From the NCBI GenBank assembly GCA_001822695.1, contig MHSF01000023.1, forward strand, positions 1,257-43,335: a stretch of 42,079 nucleotides of DNA, given 5' to 3'. The stretch's first letter is position 1. Each line of letters opens with the position of its first letter. A program made the position numbers and the translations under genes. This document shows positions 9,281 to 18,667 of the stretch, in pieces. The notes beneath the pieces were generated by a model. The model saw only the letters and a program-made list of their open reading frames with translations, made no database searches and was not told where the DNA came from. Origin of the DNA: Candidatus Taylorbacteria bacterium RIFCSPLOWO2_02_FULL_44_35 (GTDB lineage Bacteria; Patescibacteriota; Minisyncoccia; Phycocordibacterales; DSPV01).

Positions 9281-11473
9281 TTAAACAAAAATTTTTTGAA
9301 ACGCCCTGAAAACATCTTTTACTGTTGTATTATCCAAAGCTTTTTTGGTGAGTTCCAGTGAACCAGCTTTTTTAAAAGCGAAAATGGTCGGCGGCACGGG
9401 TGGCTCGGGTAAAACAAGAATGTGGCGGCTTTGACGCGGTACCAATTCTTTCGTATCAACCGGGCCGTTAATCACCACTAATGGCACTTCGAGAGCATCG
9501 GCAATATGCATCGGGCCGGTATTGCCACAAATGAAAACCGAACATTTTTTTATAATCGTCGGCAATTCTTCCAATGAAAAATCGGTCGCTTCGGCAAAAA
9601 TAATTTTGGTTAATTTTCTTAAATCCGCAATCTTATTTTTATCGCTCTTCGCGCCCACCACGACAAACTTAACATTTTGGTAAGCGGTTGATATTTTTTC
9701 CATTAGCAAAGCGAAATTTTCAATCCCCCACTCTTTGGTTTTGTTATAACCGGCGGTAATACTTAGGCCTATGATTTTGTCACTCTCGGTAAAATCGGCG
9801 CCGCGAAAAAATTCGGCAACTTTAGTTTCGGCTTCCGGAAAAATAACAACTTTCTTTTTTCCATCATTTTTATCTACGCCGATATGCCTAAGCATTTTCA
9901 AATAAAAAGCCACCAAATCTGTTGAGTGAGGATAAAATTCCCTGATATTCGCCAGCCAATCCGTCAGCCATTCGGCCCAAGGCCGGTTTTTCCTAGCCAA
10001 CTTAATTCTTGTGGGAATTAAACCGAAAAACATCAAAAGCGAACTGCGGGCGGTACCGGACAAAGAAATACCAACATCAAATTTCCCTTTCCTGATTTTT
10101 TTCATCAAACTAAATCGGTTTACTGAATCATAAATAATTAATTCATCTATATCGGGATTTTGTCTGACAATACCCGCCGCTTGCGTTGCCGCCAAAACGG
10201 CGAGACGACAATCAGGAAAAGTTTTTTTAATGGCATCAAAAACCGCCGTGGCGGCGACCAAATCGCCAATTCTAGTTAGTTGCGGAATTACCAAAATCCT
10301 TTTTTTACTTGGGAGTTGAGCTCCCAAGTGATTGATGTGAGTTAAAATTTTAACTGCCCGATTGTCCCAAGTGTAAAATTTGCTTTTTTCCACCGCCCGC
10401 GCCGCTTTCTCTTTCGCCGCCTCGGCATCACTAAGCGCCAAATTTACTTTCTCGGCAAAAGACATGGGATTATCAGCTTCCGCCAGAAAAGCCGAACCAT
10501 CATCAACAATCTCGGCAATGGACGGGATATTGGAAACCACCAGAGGCGTGCCGGAAGAGATATATTCAAAAAGTTTCATCGGCGAAGTGTAATAAAGCGA
10601 AACTTTCTGTTTGCCGGTATTGGGTAAAACTAAAACATCAGCCGCTTGGCACCAAAATGGCATCAGTTCATGAGGCTGAAAAGGAACAAAAACAACTCTT
10701 TCATCATTGGCTTCCGGCAGGCGTTTCTTTAAATCTTCAACATCGGCAGTCGCGCCGCCCACGAGGTAAACTTTTGCCACTGGAGAAATTTTGTCAATCG
10801 CCAAAATCAAAGTTTCCACCCCCTTCCAATTAAACAAAGCGCCGGTATAAAGGACGATTTTCTCGTCAATTGGCAAGCCCAATTTTTTCCTGACCTCGTT
10901 TTTGGGAATTACTGCTGAAAACTTTTCCACATCAGTGCCGTTGGGCCAATAAACCACACGCTTCTCAGGAATTCCAAAATCTTTTCTCAATGCTTCTATT
11001 TTCCAACGGGTTTGCACGGCAAAACCGAAGGATTTATTCATTACCCGCCGATACATAAAATTTTTCCCGGGAAAATGATGGATGTCATAGAAAATCTTTG
11101 AGGCCACCAAAGAAACGAAAAACAATGGCATATAATCATGAGAGAAAAAAACCGCTTCGACCCGATCTCTTTTTTTGAACAAAAAATAAAGGATGGTAAA
11201 AAGAGAAAAAGAAATCATTTGCAGGAAAAAAGTTAACCATTCCAGCCAGCGCGGCAGAAAAGGCAGAAAATCAAAACAAAAAATTTTGTTGATTTTGAAA
11301 TTGGGCTTGACACCGTAAAACAAAAACGGGTCGCCCGAGCGACGCCAAAGTTTTGGCACCACAAGTTCCACTGATGCGCCAGTGCGAGCGAAAGCCTCGC
11401 AAATTTTCATTGTCGCTAGACCGTGGGCCTTTTCGGTCGGCAAACGCGTATTGGCAATATAAATAATTTTCAT
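9281..11473 (-). CDS. Fused GT4 glycosyltransferase and GT9 (heptosyltransferase-like) domain
   Basis: MKIIYIANTRLPTEKAHG start, SPMKLFEY (GT4); then RIGDLV and NTGPMHIADAL (GT9). Confidence 0.85.
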   Translation of the reverse strand: MKIIYIANTRLPTEKAHGLATMKICEAFARTGASVELVVPKLWRRSGDPFLFYGVKPNFKINKIFCFDFLPFLPRWLEWLTFFLQMISFSLFTILYFLFKKRDRVEAVFFSHDYMPLFFVSLVASKIFYDIHHFPGKNFMYRRVMNKSFGFAVQTRWKIEALRKDFGIPEKRVVYWPNGTDVEKFSAVIPKNEVRKKLGLPIDEKIVLYTGALFNWKGVETLILAIDKISPVAKVYLVGGATADVEDLKKRLPEANDERVVFVPFQPHELMPFWCQAADVLVLPNTGKQKVSLYYTSPMKLFEYISSGTPLVVSNIPSIAEIVDDGSAFLAEADNPMSFAEKVNLALSDAEAAKEKAARAVEKSKFYTWDNRAVKILTHINHLGAQLPSKKRILVIPQLTRIGDLVAATAVFDAIKKTFPDCRLAVLAATQAAGIVRQNPDIDELIIYDSVNRFSLMKKIRKGKFDVGISLSGTARSSLLMFFGLIPTRIKLARKNRPWAEWLTDWLANIREFYPHSTDLVAFYLKMLRHIGVDKNDGKKKVVIFPEAETKVAEFFRGADFTESDKIIGLSITAGYNKTKEWGIENFALLMEKISTAYQNVKFVVVGAKSDKNKIADLRKLTKIIFAEATDFSLEELPTIIKKCSVFICGNTGPMHIADALEVPLVVINGPVDTKELVPRQSRHILVLPEPPVPPTIFAFKKAGSLELTKKALDNTTVKDVFRAFQKIFV

Positions 11474-11480
11474 AAATGTA

Positions 11481-11613
11481 AAATTGCAAAAATCGTTGAA
11501 GGCGCAGGTTTGGTGGAGACTTGCGAGCACGGCTGGCGCGAGCACGAGGAATTTTTTAGTAAAAAAATATCCGTGCTCCGACAAACCTGTGCCAAGAAAG
11601 ATTTTTGCAATTT
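11481..11613. mobile_element. MITE-like intergenic palindromic element
   Basis: 14-bp terminal inverted repeats AAATTGCAAAAATC/GATTTTTGCAATTT with nested inverted repeats. Confidence 0.5.
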
Positions 11614-12229
11614 ATTTAACCGCATAAATATAATAACCGGCAGTGGTGTGTCTTTGTTTCGTCCTAAATAACTTATCCAAAAAAGTAGACAACGGGTCAA
11701 TAATAAAACGAATTTTATGCTGAAACGGCAGAAAGAAAAACAGCGCCTTGAAATAACCGCCGCGCTTGACGAATTCTACTTCCTTGAAACCTTGAAATAA
11801 AACCAGAATGGTGTCGTCAAAAATTCGCCACAAATCTTGGTAGGAGCCTTTTCTGGCGTGGTAAGGATAAATCGACGGCACATGAACAAAAGCCCGACCG
11901 TTTGGTTTCAAAATTCGTTCAATTTCCTTCATCGCTTGAAGCGGATTTTCCACGTGTTCCAAAACCGAGTGGCAAATTACCGAATCAACAGAATTATCAG
12001 TTAGCGGAATTTTGTGGATATCGCCGATTACATCAGCGCCCGTTTGTTTGTCATAATCCATTGTTTGAAATCGGCAACCGCGAAAAAGTGGCCGGTAAGG
12101 CGCCAGCCATTTCTGAAATCTCTCTCCGCCGCCGACATCCAAAACAAAACCACCGGTAGCGGCGATCGCTTTAATTTTTTGGTCAATAAAATCGGCAAAA
12201 TCCAAATCGGAAAGTTTTATCATAATCAT
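11612..12229 (-). CDS. Class I SAM-dependent methyltransferase
   Basis: VLDVGGG, SVLEHVENP, RILKPNG. Confidence 0.85.
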   Translation of the reverse strand: MIMIKLSDLDFADFIDQKIKAIAATGGFVLDVGGGERFQKWLAPYRPLFRGCRFQTMDYDKQTGADVIGDIHKIPLTDNSVDSVICHSVLEHVENPLQAMKEIERILKPNGRAFVHVPSIYPYHARKGSYQDLWRIFDDTILVLFQGFKEVEFVKRGGYFKALFFFLPFQHKIRFIIDPLSTFLDKLFRTKQRHTTAGYYIYAVK

Positions 12230-12235
12230 AAGCTA

Positions 12236-13309
12236 TCACGATTTTTGCTCTTTGAAAACTGAAATTAAACGGCTGGCAAGCAAAACAAGATTATGATTTT
12301 GGACAATTTCTTGCCGGAATTGATTTCGATATTTTACCAATAAGGTTTCGGGTAGAGAGAGCGTGAATTTGATTTTCTTCACCAAATCGCGGTTATCATT
12401 TTCCTCGAAGCGAAATGCCGGCGGAATAAGATTATCAAAAGCTGGACTAGAAACCAAAGGCAAAGTGCCGCAAGCCATGCCTTCCAAAACCGTTTTGTCG
12501 TAATTGCCTTTAGGTGTCAGATTCACTGATACAAGATAGGCATTGAAAATCGCTGGCGTTTGTTCGTTCGGCACGGCGCCGCGGAAGAAAAGTTTGCCTT
12601 TCTTCTGAAGCACCACTGAAATTCCTTTAAGCCGCTCAAAATAGCCGCTATCTTTCGCGGCCGCGGCGCCGTAAATATCCAAAACAAAATCTACACCCTC
12701 CTCGTCCAAAATCCTTGCCGCCCCAATTAAAACATCAACTTTTTTTAACGGCGCGATTCGGCCGATGTACATTATGCTTTTCGGCTGACGATTTATTTTT
12801 TCATCCGGTTTAAAAAATTCCGTATCTATACCGGCCGGCATCCGCCGAGATTTTTTTGTGCCGGCAGTATAAGCGAATGGCGAAGTGTGACAAACGACAT
12901 CAGATATAAACATTGCCGTTTTAGTCAAAAAATTACCGCAAGTGTGGTTATACCAAAACACGATTCTCTTGCCTAAAATTTTCCAAACCAATCCGCCAAG
13001 CAAAACATATTCCTGATTCATATGGACAAAAACCGTGTCATAATTTTTTCGTTCGCGGCAAATATATTTGTAGAAATTAAAAAGGTATTTGAATCTTTGG
13101 ATAAACTTGTAACTTGTAACTTGTAACTTGTAACTTTCTTTGCCGAGAGAAAGAACTTTTATATTAGGTGGCAAAGAATACTCGCCGCGTTTCAAACAAA
13201 TCACGGTGATTTTTTCAAAATTTTTCGCGAACTCCAAAAGCCAGCGGTGAAAAAAACCGAGCACCGCGTCGTTCCTGTCCACTTTTTGAGTAATAATCAA
13301 AAGTTTCAT
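12236..13309 (-). CDS. GT4 family glycosyltransferase
   Basis: MKLLIITQKVD start, IGRIAPLKKVD, DKTVLEGMACG. Confidence 0.88.
   Translation of the reverse strand: MKLLIITQKVDRNDAVLGFFHRWLLEFAKNFEKITVICLKRGEYSLPPNIKVLSLGKESYKLQVTSYKFIQRFKYLFNFYKYICRERKNYDTVFVHMNQEYVLLGGLVWKILGKRIVFWYNHTCGNFLTKTAMFISDVVCHTSPFAYTAGTKKSRRMPAGIDTEFFKPDEKINRQPKSIMYIGRIAPLKKVDVLIGAARILDEEGVDFVLDIYGAAAAKDSGYFERLKGISVVLQKKGKLFFRGAVPNEQTPAIFNAYLVSVNLTPKGNYDKTVLEGMACGTLPLVSSPAFDNLIPPAFRFEENDNRDLVKKIKFTLSLPETLLVKYRNQFRQEIVQNHNLVLLASRLISVFKEQKS
13104..13136. repeat. 7-nt tandem repeat (AACTTGT)x4.7 inside CDS
   Basis: Direct reading; encodes SYKLQVTSYK. Confidence 0.9.
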
Positions 13310-13313
13310 ATTT

Positions 13314-15428
13314 TCATTTTTTCGATTCAATTTTTTCAATAATTTTTTCGGCAAACTTTGCACTATCAAAGCCAATAATTTCGCAACCTAGTTCCCGGGC
13401 CGCGCCGACATCAGTGGAAATTACCGATAGACCGGCGGCTCGCGCTTCCGCCATTGTCAAACCATAACCCTCGTACAAAGAAGTGTTCAAAAAAACATCG
13501 GCGGTTTTGTAATAAGGTGCCAAATTATCCAACCATTTTTCAAAAATAATACTATCTTGTAACTTGTAACGTATAACTTGTAACTTTAAGACACCGAGGA
13601 GGGAGCCGGAACCGACGATGACGAGACCAACATGGGGAAATTTTTTAACCACTGCCCGCCAAGCGTCAAGCAATAAGCTAAAATTTTTCTCCGGCTCCAA
13701 ACGACCGGCGGCTAAAGCGATAAAATTAAACTGGGGATATTTTTTTCGCAAATCATTTTCCGGCGAAATGGTGGTATTTTTGATTTTTTCTCCATCAATT
13801 TTTATGGGTCTAATCTCAATTTTATCTTCGGCAATTTTTAGATGGGGCTGGAGAAAATTTTTAATTCTGTTTGAAACAACCCTGATTTTATCGGCCCTGG
13901 GCAGTAAAAACTTTGCCAACTGAAAACGCAAAAAATTTAAAAATGCCAAGCGCCAGCCAAGTTTCAAGCTGGTAAAAAAAGGACTGCCAAGGTCGGTGTG
14001 AATTTGCAATTTTAGTGGAATCTTAAATTTTTTCGCCAATCGCCAACCAACTAAACCGGTTTCAAACGGGTCCTGACAGGTAATCAGACAATTTCTAATT
14101 TCTAATCCCCAATTTCTAATGACTGATTTACCGAGGCGAATGGCGTCAAAAACATAGAAAAATTTTGAAAATGAACTGGTGGGATACACAAAAACATTTT
14201 TGGAGATCTGTCCCGATTTTGCTTTGCAAAATCGAGGATCCTCGATTTTTGTAAACAAAAATCGGGAGAATTGGGAATTTTTCTTGTTGAAAATTATTAT
14301 ATGTATTTCGCCAAAAAGCTTGCCATATTCAATCATCCGCGCCTGGACGGCACTGCCCTCTTCAAAAATCTTCCTATCGGTAGAAATCATCAGAAGTTTG
14401 TCCGTCTTGCCCGTTGCGCCATTATGCAATTCAGAATAAACAGCTAAAAATTCGTTGGCAATGTCGCGCCAAGTGTGAGTCCAATTGAAATTTTCAATCT
14501 TTTGCCGGCACTGTTCGTAATTTTTTTCTTCAGCTAAATATGAAATCTTTTCGGCAATGTCATTGGTATTTTCCGGGTCCACAAAAAGACCAACATTTCT
14601 CAAGCGTTCGTAAAGTCCGGTTTCTCTGGTTAAAATAAACGGCTTATTATGACGAATGGCGTCTAAAATCAAATTGGGGCTGACATCGCCGAGTGACGCC
14701 AAAATCACGGCATAACAATGAGCCACTTTCTCCATAAATTTATCAAACGGCTTAGTAGTGTCATCATAAACAATCGCCGCGTTTTTGATTTTGGTTTTCT
14801 CAAAAGCCGCCGCCAATCGTTTGGCGTTTTTCCATTTGAGCGGCCTCGCGCCAGCGATATAATTCTTTTCCGTTGGTGGAAAAGACGGCTCTTTTTGCCC
14901 ATAATAATTTTCTACGATCGTAGTTTTCGCTTCATCAAAACCATAAACCGGCAACCAAATTTTTCTTTGCCAATCGGTGCTAAAAATCAAGCGGCTGGCG
15001 TTTCGTACCGTCCAACACGAGAGTTTGAAAACAATTCTCTCTTTTAAATTCAACTTGTCCAACCGTGTTCGGTAGAAATTTTTGAGTAGAACCAAATCGC
15101 CGGTCCGCTCCACATACCATTCCCACAAAAAATCACCACCGGTGCGGATAATAATTTTTTTGCCCAAAAATCGCGCCGCCGCCACTGCCGGCATGGCCAC
15201 GCTAAAAGTGTCCAACGCCACTACTAAATCAGATCTAGGAAAAAACAGGAAGCAACGCAAGAAAAACCAAATATGGCGAACCACCATTGGCAAATTTTTC
15301 TCCAATTGATAAGTCAAAATTTTAACGTTGTGTCCTTGCGCCTCAAATTCCACCTTCAAATTTTTGGCGTATTGGGCCGGTCCTCCGATTTCCGGCGGGT
15401 ATATGCCCGTAGCGATAACGATTTTCAT
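13314..15428 (-). CDS. Tandem GT4-GT4 fusion glycosyltransferase
   Basis: MKIVIATGIYPPEIGGPA first module; second module begins LLMISTDRKIF and has GRLEPEKN, YEGYGLTMAEA. Confidence 0.85.
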   Translation of the reverse strand: MKIVIATGIYPPEIGGPAQYAKNLKVEFEAQGHNVKILTYQLEKNLPMVVRHIWFFLRCFLFFPRSDLVVALDTFSVAMPAVAAARFLGKKIIIRTGGDFLWEWYVERTGDLVLLKNFYRTRLDKLNLKERIVFKLSCWTVRNASRLIFSTDWQRKIWLPVYGFDEAKTTIVENYYGQKEPSFPPTEKNYIAGARPLKWKNAKRLAAAFEKTKIKNAAIVYDDTTKPFDKFMEKVAHCYAVILASLGDVSPNLILDAIRHNKPFILTRETGLYERLRNVGLFVDPENTNDIAEKISYLAEEKNYEQCRQKIENFNWTHTWRDIANEFLAVYSELHNGATGKTDKLLMISTDRKIFEEGSAVQARMIEYGKLFGEIHIIIFNKKNSQFSRFLFTKIEDPRFCKAKSGQISKNVFVYPTSSFSKFFYVFDAIRLGKSVIRNWGLEIRNCLITCQDPFETGLVGWRLAKKFKIPLKLQIHTDLGSPFFTSLKLGWRLAFLNFLRFQLAKFLLPRADKIRVVSNRIKNFLQPHLKIAEDKIEIRPIKIDGEKIKNTTISPENDLRKKYPQFNFIALAAGRLEPEKNFSLLLDAWRAVVKKFPHVGLVIVGSGSLLGVLKLQVIRYKLQDSIIFEKWLDNLAPYYKTADVFLNTSLYEGYGLTMAEARAAGLSVISTDVGAARELGCEIIGFDSAKFAEKIIEKIESKK

Positions 15429-15478
15429 TCAATCAATATGCTAGCACAAAAAACATCCGAGCAGAAAACCTGATATTT

Positions 15479-17224
15479 TTACATTTTTTCCGGTGCCTGA
15501 ATACCCAATAACCAAAGGCCGTTTTTTAAAACGATGGAAACGGCGCGGGTTAAGGCAAGACGATAATTCTCTTCTTTAGAATTAATAATTTGATTGTGGG
15601 CGTAAAAATTATTGAAAGCGCTGGCTAATTCAATAAGATAAGTGGCGACATAATGCGGTTCGTATTCCGCCGCCGCCCGCGCCGCCACTTCCGGAAAGCG
15701 ATAAAGTGACCGTTCTAAAATCTTCGGACTCAAAGGTTCAACCTTGGAGAATTTTTTTTGGGTCTTTAAAGGTTGAACCTTTATTTCTTCGGTTTTTGCT
15801 AACACCGACCTCGCCCGAGCGTAGGTGTATTGCAAATACGACCCCGAATCGCCTTTAAAAGAAATGGATTTTTCAAAATCGTAAATAATATCGGCACCGA
15901 TATTCTGCTTCAAAATGGAATACTTAATTGCGCCGACGCTAACTTGTTCGGCAATTTTTTGCTTCTCTATCGCCGGTAAATCTCGCTCCGCCACTTTTTC
16001 CGCCACTAAATTCTCCACCGTGCTAATCAGCGACTCACCGGTAACGACATTGCCTAACCGCGACGACATTTTGCCGGAAGCGAACCGCAGCAGACCGTGG
16101 GAAATATGCTTTGTCTTTTCTGCAATCACCGGCATCACCTCCTCCATCGCTTTGAGTACTACCTTGAAATAGTCGCTCTGCTCGTTGGCGGTAACAATAA
16201 CTGACTGGTTTATATCCGGCTCTTTTTCAAACTTCGCTCTGTTTAGCCCAAGCTCCTTGGCCTCGTAGGTTGGGAGTCCTTGTGAAGTGATAAAAACTCT
16301 GGTGTGCAGCCCAAATTTTTCTCCTCGGAAGATAACGGCGTTTTCGCTTTTCTCAAACACCCCCTTCTTCAAAAACTCGGCGACAATTTTCTCGCCCTCA
16401 CGCCCTTCTTGGCTCTCAAAAAAGTAGTAATCAAACTTCGTGCCAAGCTTTTTATAGATTTCCTCAAAGTGCGCCAAACTTATCTTCCGCCCTTCTTCGT
16501 AGAGTTTGTTCACTTCCGGGTCTGACTTTTCAAAAATTTTCTTATTCAAATCATCAATTTCTATCTTGGCTTCGGGGTCTTTTTCATAAGCGGCCGATCC
16601 CATAACATAAGCTTGCCCCAACAGAGCAACGGCATCATTTTGAAAATTGAAAATTGAAAATTGAAAATTGTTCTTCAAAACTCCCCAAATCGCCTTCGCC
16701 ACATGAAGTCCGACATCGCCTTGCCAACAGGCGCGGACTACTTTCGCGCCGGAAAATTCAATAAGCCGCGCGATTGATTCGCCGACGGCGTTGCTCATTA
16801 AGTGGCCAATATGAAATTCCTTGAACGGATTAGGGTTGGTGTATTCCACCATCACCTTTTTGCCAGCGAGCGTTTGGTTTTTGCTGAAATTTTCGCCTTG
16901 GGCGAAAATTTCAGCCAGCGAGTCGGCAAAAAATCTCGACGACAGGTAAAAATTTATGAACCCTGCACCCGCGATTTCTGTCCTTTCTAAAAAGGCGAAA
17001 CCCCGCCACGGCGGGGTTTCGCCTTTATTCTTAATCTCCGCAACAATCTTTTCCGCCACCTCTCTCGGCTTCATCTTGAGTTCTTTGGCATACACCAACG
17101 CCACATTTGTAGAATAATCCCCATGCGCCAAATCCGCCGGGTGTTCAAGCAAGATTCCCCTCGCTTCAATATCTAAATTCTTTAATGCCCCCTTAATTAA
17201 ATCTGTGAGCTTTTCCTGAATCAT
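15479..17224 (-). CDS. argS: Arginine--tRNA ligase
   Basis: HGDYSTN, NPNPFKEFHIGH (HIGH), KMSSR, YLQYTYAR. Confidence 0.97.
   Translation of the reverse strand: MIQEKLTDLIKGALKNLDIEARGILLEHPADLAHGDYSTNVALVYAKELKMKPREVAEKIVAEIKNKGETPPWRGFAFLERTEIAGAGFINFYLSSRFFADSLAEIFAQGENFSKNQTLAGKKVMVEYTNPNPFKEFHIGHLMSNAVGESIARLIEFSGAKVVRACWQGDVGLHVAKAIWGVLKNNFQFSIFNFQNDAVALLGQAYVMGSAAYEKDPEAKIEIDDLNKKIFEKSDPEVNKLYEEGRKISLAHFEEIYKKLGTKFDYYFFESQEGREGEKIVAEFLKKGVFEKSENAVIFRGEKFGLHTRVFITSQGLPTYEAKELGLNRAKFEKEPDINQSVIVTANEQSDYFKVVLKAMEEVMPVIAEKTKHISHGLLRFASGKMSSRLGNVVTGESLISTVENLVAEKVAERDLPAIEKQKIAEQVSVGAIKYSILKQNIGADIIYDFEKSISFKGDSGSYLQYTYARARSVLAKTEEIKVQPLKTQKKFSKVEPLSPKILERSLYRFPEVAARAAAEYEPHYVATYLIELASAFNNFYAHNQIINSKEENYRLALTRAVSIVLKNGLWLLGIQAPEKM
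16640..16670. repeat. 7-nt tandem repeat (TTGAAAA)x4.4 inside argS
   Basis: Direct reading; encodes NFQFSIFNFQ. Confidence 0.9.
16991..17026. repeat. Perfect 17-bp inverted repeat, in frame inside argS
   Basis: AAAGGCGAAACCCCGCC-AC-GGCGGGGTTTCGCCTTT. Confidence 0.9.
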
Positions 17225-17233
17225 AAAACCATT

Positions 17234-18247
17234 TTAGCACACAATCTGTTTTGCTCCCCAGAAATCAAGGATGGTTTCCGTTAATTGATAACAATTTCCA
17301 CACTTCAAAAGCCCGAGGTAAGAAGTGATTGATTCCTGTTTCGGATTTTCTACCAAACGCTTAAACATTCTTCTTTTTGTTGTCATCCGCAAAACTCGGT
17401 GGTTGGGAAAATGAACCCAACCCAAAAAATCCGCGCCCGAAGCAACAGTTTTGATAAAGATTTTATCAATATTAATTTCCAGTTTTAGTGTGTCCCGCAA
17501 AAAGTTTTTCATTTGGAACAAAATTTCCTCAAGCCAAGTCCTACTTTCCGAAAAAACAACAAAATCATCGGCGTAGCGGATGTAAAATTTCGCTTTTATC
17601 TTATGCTTCATAAATTGGTCAAATTCGTTAAGGTAAATGTTGGCGAATAATTGCGAAGTTAAATTGCCGAGTGGCAAACCTCTTCCGTAAAAACCAGCGG
17701 TGTAAAAACTGTTGATGATTTCAGCGAGAAGTTGAATAATTTCTTCATCAAAAATTCGCTTGCGTAAAATTCGCAATAAGATTCCGTGGTCAATATTGGC
17801 AAAAAACTTCCTGATGTCGCATTTCAAAACCCAACAGGATTTTGTATTGTTTTTGCTAACTTTCCAGACAAATGTACGAAAACGATTGATAGCTTTGTGA
17901 GTTCCTTTTTCGTTTCGGCAGGAAAAAGAATCGGCAATGAAAGTTTGGTCAAAAAATGGATAAAGTTTTCGATATACGGCTCGATGAAGCAAGCGGTCGC
18001 GAACACTTGCCTTGTGAATATTTCTTGGCTTCGGGTCAGAAATTCTGAAAGCTCGGTAACTACCGTGGCGATAGGTTTTTGCTCGCAAATCATTATGAAG
18101 CGAAATGACATTATCCATCAGACGCAAACTAAATTCCTGCACATCCAGCTTTTTTCTTTTTCCTTTCACAAATTCTCTCCAAGCGCCGAGCAAGTCTTCC
18201 AAAGAAATGATATCCTCGTAGCTATGGTTGAATTGAATCCCACTCAT
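17234..18247 (-). CDS. DGR reverse transcriptase (intact, ~337 aa)
   Basis: KPRNI, RDRLLH, KCDIRKFF, GLPLGNLTSQLFANIYL (DGR-type SQ motif), YIRYADD, DFLGW; adjacent TR/VR and avd; ATG 18247 preferred as start. Confidence 0.93.
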   Translation of the reverse strand: MSGIQFNHSYEDIISLEDLLGAWREFVKGKRKKLDVQEFSLRLMDNVISLHNDLRAKTYRHGSYRAFRISDPKPRNIHKASVRDRLLHRAVYRKLYPFFDQTFIADSFSCRNEKGTHKAINRFRTFVWKVSKNNTKSCWVLKCDIRKFFANIDHGILLRILRKRIFDEEIIQLLAEIINSFYTAGFYGRGLPLGNLTSQLFANIYLNEFDQFMKHKIKAKFYIRYADDFVVFSESRTWLEEILFQMKNFLRDTLKLEINIDKIFIKTVASGADFLGWVHFPNHRVLRMTTKRRMFKRLVENPKQESITSYLGLLKCGNCYQLTETILDFWGAKQIVC

Positions 18248-18661
18248 TCTATAAAGGTTACCCCCCCCCAACGCTTTTTGCCAGTGGTGGAGAAACTTAA
18301 ACAAGGATATTTTCTTTGGCACCAGTGCCTTGAACTTTTGCCAAAGACCCAGAAATATTCCATTGGTAATCGTATAGATAAACTTTTGATTGAAAGTATT
18401 GAAGCCGCGGTAACTGCCACCTTTTTGCCAAAAGAGGAAAAACTGCCGTGGCTGCGATTAGCTATAAGAAAATTGGATACAGCAAAAGTTCTCCTTATGA
18501 TTGTGTGGGAAACAAAATCTTTGGATGATAAAAAAATCGTCGGGCTTTCAGAAATTTTAAATGATGCCGGTAAAATGCTCGGCGGTTGGAATGGCCAACT
18601 ACAAAAATACTTAAGAGAAAACTCCCCCAGAATTGCCCGAGGGCAAACGGGGGAGAAATGA
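18224..18661 (+). CDS. avd: Avd-like four-helix-bundle DGR accessory protein 1 (antisense to TR/RT)
   Basis: LPKTQKYSIGNRID and DAGKMLGGW motifs; start either ATG 18224 or TTG 18278. Confidence 0.85.
   Translation: MVELNPTHSIKVTPPQRFLPVVEKLKQGYFLWHQCLELLPKTQKYSIGNRIDKLLIESIEAAVTATFLPKEEKLPWLRLAIRKLDTAKVLLMIVWETKSLDDKKIVGLSEILNDAGKMLGGWNGQLQKYLRENSPRIARGQTGEK
18261..18269. repeat. C9 homopolymer at the avd/RT divergent junction
   Basis: C9 here versus C8 at the equivalent position 20642-20649. Confidence 0.9.
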
Positions 18662-18667
18662 AGAGAG

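Noticed and set aside
11474..11584. N-terminal extension of the GT4-GT9 ORF
   Set aside because: It is read-through of the palindromic element; the protein-like sequence begins at ATG 11473
17786..18223. Long N-terminal extension of Avd1 in the ORF track
   Set aside because: Antisense to RT coding sequence and absent from Avd2
17234..18247. RT as group II intron maturase or retron
   Set aside because: Short, has the LGNLTSQ motif, and sits with TR/VR pairs and Avd; no intron or msr/msd structure recognised
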